Part shown: positions 12,081 to 23,458 of the stretch, in pieces
Layout of the letters: each line of letters starts with the position of its first letter
How positions within the stretch are numbered: position 1 is the stretch's first letter
Origin: Chrysomallon squamiferum
Lineage: Eukaryota; Animalia; Mollusca
Direction of reading: 5' to 3'
Assembly (NCBI GenBank): GCA_012295275.1
Contig: CM022668.1
Coordinates: forward strand, 9,734,001-9,798,000
DNA: 64,000 bases
Position numbers and translations under genes: made by a program
The notes under the pieces: model-generated
What the model was told of the DNA's origin: nothing
Databases searched by the model: none
Seen by the model: only the letters and a program-made list of their open reading frames with translations

Positions 12081-15000
12081 AATCAGTGGGAAATTGATCT
12101 TTGTTGCGTATAAGCAAGAAAATATCAAATGTGTGATGTCATGTGATCAGTTTTATATCAGATCACATTAATCTCAAAGGAATGTCACTTATAAAATCTG
12201 TGATGTGTTTGAAATAGATTCAGAAAACAAGCACAAAAAAATATTAAAATCTTGGCCATAAATTCAACACTGAAAAGATCGGGGTATGACCTAGAAATGA
12301 ATAATAGTAACAACTAATAAAAATAAACAAAAAATATTTAATCTGTTCTTATTGCCATATGTGGTTGTACATTACAAAAGAAAACTGGATTTAATTATAT
12401 CAGAATCCAGCCTCCATGTACATAGAATGAAACTACTGAAATCAGATCCTGAAAAAAATTGTCAGAAAAGAAGTAATGAAATTTTTTTAAAAAGCTGCTT
12501 TCAGAGATGGCTGCAGTGACCAAAATAGAAATGTAAAATCAGTTTTGTTTTGGTTATCACATGGTGACTATGGGAATAGCTGTTAGCAAACTGATGGTGT
12601 CTGAGCACAGTGTCTGCGAAGTCAAAGATTTAGGAATTGTACAAAACAAAAAGATTGCAGATACAAAGATCTGTACTATCCAGTGACTAAATGAATCTTG
12701 TTCCAACTATTTTGAGTTGTAAAAAAAGAAAAAAATTTTTTAAATTATATTAAAAATAATGTAGAAGGCACATTTTCTTAACTTTAATGCCATTACTGAA
12801 GTTGCTGTCAACAGAAAGAAATGCACTGAGCAGTCACATTTACTGGCTCAAAATTCAGTGGATTTATTTCTGAAAGAATGCTCTAAAAATGCTCCTGAAA
12901 TATAATTGTGGATGACGATCCCTTTTTTTTGGATGGATTTTGAAATTAAAAAAAGAAAAGAAAAGAGAAAAAAGGGAAACAAAGAACCTATTGCAGCTGT
13001 TCTTTATCAACTATACTAGGAATCAATTCTGATTTACTCATGAAGATTCAAGAATTCAACAACTTGTTAGATCTTGTCTCCAATCCACCACCTATTCTAC
13101 CAAGACCTGAAGGAGATGAAGAAAACACACTGGCAACATGTCAGATTTTTCAGTTTATGTACTTTGTACCTTTTTCTCCTCAAAAACATTTTTTTTTTTT
13201 TTGATGGGGGATTGTTTAAAAAATAATAAAAATATTTACATGTAGCTTAAAAAATAATAATAAAAATATTTACGTGTAGCTAAGTCTAACACAGAATTAA
13301 AATTCAGAATTTGAGTTTGTGACATGAGAAAATATAAAACTCAAAAAAAAAAAAATTTTAATAATGGACCCAGCTTACTCAGCATGTGAGTGATGGTATG
13401 GCTCTCATCTGTGTGACTCAGTTCTTTTCTGATCCGATGTTTTCATAAAATAACTGATTTCCACCTTTCATGTGAGAACATTTCAGATTGGATTTTGTTC
13501 TTTTTTAAATTATCATGCTGAAACTCAATGAAGTTTCTACTGAAAGTGATTTTAATTTGAAGTCTGTTGTTCAAAATGGCAGATTTTTCACGGAGACAGT
13601 CTGATGATCAACTGCTTTCCTAGACTATTCATCTACCAAAGTACTCTATCAGTGAATAGCCTGGATCAGAGGCATATCACCACTTATACGCTTAGTAACC
13701 AGGATCCAAATGAATAACTACCTGATATAGTGACGGACTCAAGTGGTTAAAAATAATGCAACAAAGAAATTTGTAAAATAAACATTTTAATCTGTTTTTA
13801 CCTTCATTTCCTCACATCAAATTTCTTTATTTACCTTTTTTTTTTTTTTTTTGTAATGTATCTAAAACTTTATGGTTATTCTCATCTGTTTATCACTGGA
13901 GAAAGAAAGTAGATTCTTAATTCACAAAAAAAATTATACTTTTGAGAATTTTAACATACTGGTCGCCATGGACTACAGACCATTCGGTTTATCATTAAAT
14001 AAAATTGCAACTAAAGTTTCATAGACTGTTCTTAGCCACACAAGAGAAAATGAAGATGAAAAAGATTTTCACCTAATTTTTATATTCTCACCAATATGCA
14101 TCTTAATTTTAACTAATTGTAATCTCAAAACAGACTCCTTATTCTTAATCGTGCTTCTTAATACTTTAATAGTATACAGTGATACCCTTTGGTGTGCATG
14201 TAAAGTATAGCACACAGATTTATAACAGGGAACATTAGCTAGCTTTCAGTAACTGATTTTCTCAGAGGGTCAAACAAGACCTCTTATTTTTGTCACAAGT
14301 TACTTTCTCATTCAGTCACTGGCACTTACTGAAATACAAGATTATGTTTTTTACCATCTCTTATAAACAAGTCGACAAAGGATGATGTTCTAAAAGAAAA
14401 AAAATGTTTATAACAATTTTATATTGATTTTGAGGGTATAAAATGTTTTTTCTATGGTGTTTGTGTGCACATCTTTCTTCATTCCATTTCTGTTAAAACT
14501 TTTCAGTTACATGCAGATAATATAAAAATATGGACAATTACATTTTTAATGTCAGGCATCAATTACATCAGACTTGTACAAAAACATGTCCCTGATTTAT
14601 TATTGCATGAATGGATAAGATGTGTTTGGCAATTACTTGTCTAGTATCACTGGTGGACTTATCAAGGAAAAAAGTAAAAACAATTACTAGAAAATTAAGA
14701 AAATGAAAAAAAAAAAAATAATAAATAAAAATACAAGTGGACTTTATCTGATGAAAATAAAAAAAAAATAATAGGACTTTTTCTCAAGGAAAATAAAATT
14801 AATGCAACATGTCTTTTTTTTTCAAGAGAAAGAACAAACAAAAAGAATATTTTCACTGAAACATGAATGGGTCAACTATTTCTTTGTTAAAACTTTTGTC
14901 ACACTTGTATGTAACATTTATGAAACATTTATTTACAATACATTTGGACTGTGCTTGAACAAACAGCATGTTTTTTAAAACAGATTTCATGGAATGTACT

Positions 15001-15276
15001 AAATTCAGTAAGAAAAAACAAAACAAACCATCCTGTCCTGAAACTAAATGCATATTTCATTTATTTGGCACCGTTCAGACGTTTTTAAAGTATTACGTTG
15101 TTATACTTATTAAATAAGACAAAAAATAAAAAAAAATAAAAAAAAATAAACTTCACTGAATTACAAAATATATTTGATTCTTTTCAAATAGGGTTTATTT
15201 TATTTCATTTATTTTTTTGTAAATCACCATGTCTCTTAAACCCTAAGAATCAAATTTAGGAGGGTTGTCGAAGTCT

Positions 15277-15311
<35 letters not shown>

Positions 15312-15690
15312 GGGTTTCAGCTCTTCTAGATACATACCATCAGCTGTTTGACAGTATTTCTGACAGTCTGCTGCATTTGACAACCAACAGCCTTCTGTTT
15401 GGTCCCAATCACAACATAACATCATCTGATAACTGACATAAATTTCATTAAAACATCCTTCTGCCCTGCCTGGCAAGGTTTTTCTTCAATTCAAATCAAG
15501 GCAGATTAAACAGACTCCTTTCATTTTGGTTTGGATGTGTCAGTTCATGTCTTAAACTAAATCAACTCAGTCTGTTGAGTCTTCTTTTTTTTAAAATCAT
15601 TTTAATAAAAATGGATGGATGACTCAATCTGTTTAGTCTTTTTAGGTTGTTAAACATGACTTCATTTGTTAATCACTTTTTGTTTCTTCC

Positions 15691-16795
15691 TTAATTTTCT
15701 TTTTTTTTTCTTTTTTTCTTTTGTGAAATGTCTCCGTTTGGTGAACCTATATTGTGTATCAGAACAAAATTATTTCCTTTTGTTTTTCCTTTTAATAACT
15801 TTAAGGATACCTAACTATTCATTTTCTTAAATACAGATATATATATATATAAAAAATTAAATAAAATAAAATCTTTTTTCGTTTTTTAAGAATGATTAGG
15901 ATCCACTCCATTTTAGTCTTTCAAATGTTAAATTTATTTAAAAGCATTTTTCAAGTTTTAATTAAAAAAAGATATCTCTGCGCGGCAAATATTTTATAGG
16001 ATTGTCAACATTCATTTGTTTTATATTAACCCTTTTTTCATTACACAGTACTTCTGTTTTGTACTTATTTCTCAACTAGTTTCTGTTGTTTCCCTTCAGT
16101 CTGCCTTATCAACGTAAAATAATCATAGTTTATCAACGTTATACAGATTTTCATCCTTAGGGAAACAAACTGAAACTCAACAAAATAAATAAATAGTAAC
16201 GACAATTTACCCATCTCTCCTGAATACAGATACTCAAGAAAACATGACTCGTTTTTGTAATTTAAAATGTCTTTCTTACCTATTGATTCTTGTGTTGTTT
16301 CCAGGATACTCGTGTCTGCTGAAGTTTCTGAATGTTTCTTCTTTTTCTTCTTCTTCTTTGGAGTTTCTTCAGCTATCAGTAATGATTACAGTATTAACAC
16401 GAAATTAACAAGTACTGTAGAGGTAACAGTAATAGCAGCAGTTTAGCAGTAGAAATAGTAGTTGTAGTAGTAGTAGTAATTGTATTAATAGTAGTAAGGG
16501 TCTTAATGGTAGTGGTGTAGTAGTAATAATAGTAGCAGTGATGGGAGGTGCTACCAGTGCCAATCATAACTGAAATAACAGTAACAGTAACAGTTATGGA
16601 AGTTAACTGTTTATTCAGTTAAACCAACAGTAGCAGCAATAGCTATGCACTAGCAATATTAGTTATATTTACAGTGGTAATTTTAATATTAATATTGATG
16701 ATGGTATCTAGCATTAGCCACACTGTTCTTAATACTAATAATACATGTATACTAGTAGTGATGTTATAGAGTAATAGATTTTTAATACAGAACAA

Positions 16796-16827
<32 letters not shown>

Positions 16828-19800
16828 TTTAAAATATTTCTGCAATTGTTTACTTTTAAGATAAATCTCATTTAGATGACTTTACAAAGAATTATGATAT
16901 TTGTTCTTAACATTAAAAAGTACACAATGAAGAAAACAAAACAAAAACATTTTTATTGTATTTTTTTTTTATATCAAAAATTTTTATTCTCACCTTCTTT
17001 CACTTCAGCCTCGGGTTCCATTTTTATAATTTTCTTTGCTGGTTCATCTTCGTCTTGTTCCTGTTTTCTTTTTTTGGGAACTTTAGGCAAAGTTGAGTCT
17101 GCTGCAGTAATGTATGTCTTTATTTCACTGAAACATTCAGTTCAGAAATATTAATTATTCACATGTCTACTATCCATTTTTCTGTGTGTCAATTAACCAT
17201 CAATCACTTGTTAACCAACCTGTTCTTAAATGTCAAATAATTATTTAACATACGTATCAACTCATTTGTGTTAATGTGTCCATCATTGACATGTTGAGTA
17301 ACTATTTCTTTTAAATGTGTCCACCAATTATAATACCAGTACAATACATCTAGTATTAATTTTTTCATATTACCTAGATCTCTTCAAAGTATGTCTTGGT
17401 CAACTAGTTCAATATGCTCAGTGTTTTACTTGTCAAATCATTTTATGTGTGCTTATAATTTTACTTGTTGATTACTAATTTTATTCGTCAACTAATCATT
17501 TTACACACTGAAAAATCATTTTAACTGTCAACTTATGTGATAACTGTGTCAACTAATTTTTGCATATCAATTGATCATTATGTGCTGTCCAACTGTCAGG
17601 AACATGTCATGATAAATCAGATATCTCAATCATTTTACAAACACCAAACATTAATCTATTAATCAATTTAAATATCGGATACTAAAACTTGTGAACCTAA
17701 TCATTTTTTCCAATTTGCAAAACAACTGCACTGATCTTTCTCTTGACTGAATCTGCAGATAATTTAACCCATTAATTAAATGTCTGCATCTTTAACCAAA
17801 GCAGCTATTTTTCCAGCCAGTTTAAACATTACAAATGCTGACTGAAGTGTTTTAGCAGCAGAATATATGAATGGTATTTGAAAACTAAATGAAGTTAAAT
17901 AATTTCAGAAACTATATTTAGTCTAAGATTTTAGTTTTTATTATGTAAAGATGTGAAAAACTTAAATATATGTCATTTATAAACTATTTTAAACAAACCT
18001 TCTGTTTTCGTATTTCTCCCATTTTGCCTTCATTTTTCCAGTACCACTTATTCTTCTTGACTGAAAGTGATAATCATTAACTTTTTAATTGCTAAAATTA
18101 TGAAATAAATTATTCTTACTTTTTCACTTACAGACTGGTAAAAAGTAAGTAAAATCTAAATGTATCAAAGTAATTTAAACCTTTTAAGAATTTCATTGTT
18201 GAAACTAAAAATCTTAATTTTGTAAGATATTACTTTACAATTCATAAATACCCAAATTAAATTTTAATTATTTAATCTTTTTAAGGCACTAAAAAATATC
18301 AAATTTCAATTTGATATCAGGTCTATTTTAAAGACATCTGTTACAAAAAGGTCCCCTCATTGTAGTATGTTGTCCACATAAGTTTCAGACCACTACTTTT
18401 CAATATAATCACTGGAGACCTTTATAAAATTAACATTCAGACAGGAGATATAATGAAATTTTTACTAGTGAATTGCATCTACATCTCAGACATTTAATGA
18501 GATGAACCAAAGCAGTGACACATCTGCACTTTGCAACAAAATGAGAAATGGCCAAAGGTATTAAATTAGTAAATTTGTTTAAAACAGGCAATTTATTTTC
18601 ACGAATATCAATCAACTTTAGAGAGATTAATGCCACTTTATTTGAAAAAATTGAATTATTTCAAAAATTGATAAATGTATTAGAAATCAACAACAAAAAT
18701 TATCAATCTTTCAAAACCATCACATAAAACATGAATATAAAATAAATAAAAAAAATAATTTTAAAATAGATCGCTGTCATTAATACAGTAACAAAGTGTT
18801 TGCAACTTACTCCAGACTCCTCCAAACTTTTCATAGCCCGTTCCAACTTGGCCCTGTGTTCCAAGCCGAGATCTGTATTAGTGTCGTCTCCCAGGGCATC
18901 AACACGTATAGCTAGCGACGTCTTCGCTGCCAACATTCGAGACATCTGAAATAAAGTGACGTCAGACGGTTATAAAATGTACAAGTTTATTTCTTTAGTG
19001 AAATGTTTATGATTTTGAGATCTTATTTTGTTGTCTTTCTAACTCAAAATTACCAACTTGGCACAAAATATGTATCTACTGTCAACATCAAAACCACTTC
19101 AATCCATGTTCAACACTAATTATATAACCAACGTTCTAAGTAATACATTTTTATTTTTTTATTATTAATGGTATTCCATGCTGTTCCAAAATTTGTTAAA
19201 AAAAAAAAAAAAAAAAAAATTAATGACAAACTGACATTTTAAAGCAACACAAGAGGTTTTACCCTTTGAAAATACATACAGAGTACAAATTTAGCACATA
19301 ACTCTTAAGATATTTTGACTGGGTTTGTTTTATATTTAATAAAACAGTTTTCTTTGTTAAATTATAATTAATATTTGTAAAAAGAAAAGTAACGTGACAC
19401 CTGAAATATTAAAGCAATGAAAGAAAAAAAAAAGGTTTTCAATAAAAGAAATTTCTCACCTTTCCTTTGAATTTAGGGCTTGACTGACCTACAAGAGAGG
19501 CATGGTAAATGAGACCATATTTGGGCGTGTCGTGTTTTGTTTTCAGAGCTCGGAACAAAGCTTTCTCTGCTCCAATAATCTGAACCGTTGATGATGGATG
19601 TTTTGCCAAGTTCAGCAAAGAACCTGTAAATACCAAACAGATAGTTGTGTTATAATTCATAAATAACATTACTGTGTTAATGGGCAACTGCTGTTAAGAC
19701 ATACAGAGAATGTTATTATGATTTTTTTTTAAATATCGCTAAAAAAGAAGCAGAATTAGTATGATGGAACAGCATGATCTGAAGATGATCAAAACAACAC

Positions 19801-21142
19801 TACCCAAAGCCATTATAATATTGTTGTCTGAATAAAAGCCTTTAACTAATTACTGAAGTAATCGAAAGTATAAAAACTACTATTTTTTAATTTGAAGTAT
19901 ATAAAAAAAAAAAAAAACATTACAATGTTTTAATCTGGAGTATAAAATCACTATCTCAGACTGAATTGGACATCAACAATTTTCAGAATTGGAGGACTTT
20001 GTCATCACTGCTAGTGAAATTTGTCAACAGAAGAAAAATGTTTTTTAACACAGTATTCCTACACAGTAGTACCCACAATTAATAGAACAGGAAATTCACC
20101 AGTAGCCATGGCAGCACAACATACATCAAAACTTGACCATTATAGATTTACAGTTTGATATTGCATTTGGAAAGATACAGAAGAATCATTAATACCAGTT
20201 TGTATGATACACTAACATGCAGCAAGAAATCTGATTTCCTGGACAGAACTGCATACACAATGTAAGTTTGGCCACAGAGAAAAAAAAACAATTTAAGACA
20301 CTTGGAATGAGTTTCTCATATCTCTGACAGTTTTCTAATGCCTGAACTAAAATGTTATTTTTTAAAAATTCTGTTTACATCACAAAATTATTTGATTACC
20401 ACACAATGTTTTGTTCAACACAGTATCATAAACTGCTGTTATACCAGCTTCTCAGATTGCTAGATAACCATATTAAATTTGTTTTCTATTTTTTTTTTTT
20501 TAATTATTCAGAATTTACATAAGCTCTAAGTCACTGCAAGTCACTTAAGAACATCACTTAAGAACAAATTTCCTCATAATGCCACTCCTAACTCAAGTCT
20601 TGCCATTGTTATTTCCCTTTTGATTAATTGTTCCACTTTTAACTTTTGTGTCTGAGTTTTGAAATTGTTTTTTTACTAACAATCAAAACACAAAAGAAAA
20701 CTGCCACTCAACATGCATATTTACCAATCAAGACCGTGAAACAAAACATTTTCTGCTATCAAGTCTTTACCTAACATTGAGTCAGTTTAAATATTTAAAA
20801 TGTTCAGAGTCTGCTTCAGCAAAGTCATCATCAATGAATCAGAATTGCAGGACATCCTGTCATCATCAGCAAATACTGAACATTCAGTTATAAAATCACT
20901 TAACCAAACCAAATCCATGCCTCAAACAAGACAACAGTTATCAGGTGCCTTAAAGTATTTGAAGTGCAGCCTCTATTCAATAAATTACAAAAAAGTTTTC
21001 TTCCACATAATAAAATACACATGTTTGACCAGAAAACAGCCCAACTATTAATAACATTATCTCCAGCATTTGGTATGCTGGTACTTACCAATAAAAAAAA
21101 AAATTATTATGTTTATCTGCCATAAGGATTTAATGTTTAAAT

Positions 21143-21178
<36 letters not shown>

Positions 21179-23420
21179 AAAAAAATAAAAAAAAAAAATC
21201 TGCACCATAGTCTTAGATAAATACTCACCTAAATGGGACATAAGCAGTACATTAACTCAAAAATAACTACACTATCTTAAAACACAAATAAAGCATGATA
21301 AAACACTGAACAGTGATGTAAAACATCCAAGGCTGAATGGACTTAAATATATCTATATATCCATATATAATCTTAAAAAACACCTATCAAGATGAACAAT
21401 TTGCTTCAGATATGTCATCATCAACTAATCAGAATTGCAGGACATCCGATCATCATTAGCAATTTCACCAAATTCAAATCAGTTTCACTCAAAATTAGAA
21501 TACAAATGGCAGAATTCACTTAAACATGACACTATCAAACACTGACAGTTCAGGTATGTTCTTTAATATTCATATGTACAATACTTGCAAGAACACTCAG
21601 TCTTACCTCTAAACCAACAGTAATTTTGATGTGTTAAATATTAATATTCAAAGTGACCTGCTTGACCTATCAGTCTGGCCCACACACCAGCAGTAGAATT
21701 ATTAATATTCAGTAATATTAATATTAATAACAGTATTAATATTCAAAGTTACCAGCATGAGCTATCAGTCTGGCTCCAACCAATTCTCCTACCAGTATTG
21801 TCAAGTTGGGTGCTATGGCAATCATTCGGTTCTTGAGATAATCATACAGCTGAGCTCGATAGTCAGAGATATCTATAATCTGAATTTGTGAAGAAATGAA
21901 AAATATTATTAATTCTTTTATTTTATTTTATTTTTTTTTAATTCTAAGTCAGATGATAATGATAAAAAAATATATATATAAAAAAATAAAATTTATAATT
22001 ATGAAAGATACATTTTGTTTTCCCCTTTTCTCATTGCAATATCCTATCCTCAACATTTTTAACCCGGTCGTAACTCACATTATCCTACAGTTATATCTTA
22101 GTTTGCCATCTTACCAGTTTTAATACAATTCTGTTCTGTTTTATATCTTGGTTAATTACAGATAATACCCTAATCATTTAAATCCTACCACTGAGTTTAC
22201 CGTAGTCATATCTCACATTTAATGCACCTTAAGTGTTTATATCTTAAGTTACTCATATAATAACATATCCTACTATTAACTGTATCCTAGTGTTTATATC
22301 CTGTTAGATATCAACCTACTATTAACTGCCCCTAAGCCTTTATATCCCAACAGTTATTTTCTTATTATTCTACTGCTAGCAGTATCTCTGATTTATATTC
22401 TATCAGACATTTTCATTTTATCCAGTGCTAACTGCATCCTAGTTGTACCTGATCACAAAGATACTGAATATTCAAAAGATCCTCCTCTGAAATTTCTGTT
22501 CCCATGGAGATTTCGGCGGCCTCTTTTACTTCCTGTTCAACCTCTTCAGGTAAAATTGCCGAAAAATCGCAGGCGACTGCATTAACACGTTCACCTGGCG
22601 AAAGGGCAAAGGTCATCTTTAGAGAGAACAGGAATTTTGTTTTATCTTTATCTTTTCTTTTCTTTTTAAATAATCTTAACTGGTTAACCCATTTTAAAAA
22701 GAAATCGTTTGGCATTTTTGTTAGTTGTTATCTCAAGACAGAGTATGTTTATAAAACCTAACAGTGAAATAAAATATTAAATAATTCAGGTGAAGGATGT
22801 ATTTTTTCATTTAACATTCTGTAAGCATGAAAAAAAAAAACAGGTTGTGAAAATAGGTTCCAAAAGACATGATTAGTGAAAATTTCAATGATTTAAATGA
22901 AGCTTTTCATCATGTACACACTGACATGAAAAATGATTCGATGATACAAAATGACAGATGCTGTACAATGTACAGTAGTTTACATACCCATTTGTTTGAC
23001 AAGTTTTGCATAGGCGAGGTTGTCCTGTACAATTTTGCCAAGTTCTGGGAAATGCCATCCAAACCATTCCCGACATCGCATGATGTAGTTGTTCAGCTCC
23101 TTATCAAGATCATCAAGCAGAGCTGTGATTAAACATGAGAGAATTTCTAAATATCAGTATACAAGACATTTAAACATTGGTTAGTTAGGCAGAAACCAAA
23201 ACATTATCTGAAGCAATTTAAAATTCTGCAGTACAATATAAATTTCTAATCGGTTAGTGTCAAATTTATAGTCTCAAGATACTAATCTAGCAACAAGGTT
23301 CTGTTATGAATTTTGTGGGATTTAATAATGGAATGAATAATTACTGAAACTAATCTTGTTTTTAATTTCATGAAAAAGAAGAATGGACCACTCTGAATCA
23401 ACATACTTTATCCTACAGAG

Positions 23421-23458
<38 letters not shown>

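Noticed and set aside
15669-15720. Alternative NOP58 C-terminus (KIKEETKSD*) in another frame
   Set aside because: Depends on one base in poly-T runs; more likely homopolymer uncertainty than biology.
18383-18420. Minus-strand GTGATTA...CTGA with a short terminal stem in NOP58 intron 11
   Set aside because: Only about 35 nt, imperfect box C, no internal boxes and no recognised target.
22786-22914. ATGATGA...CTGA pair in NOP58 intron 7
   Set aside because: No terminal stem, no clear C'/D' boxes, interrupted by a homopolymer run, and no rRNA complementarity I can recognise.
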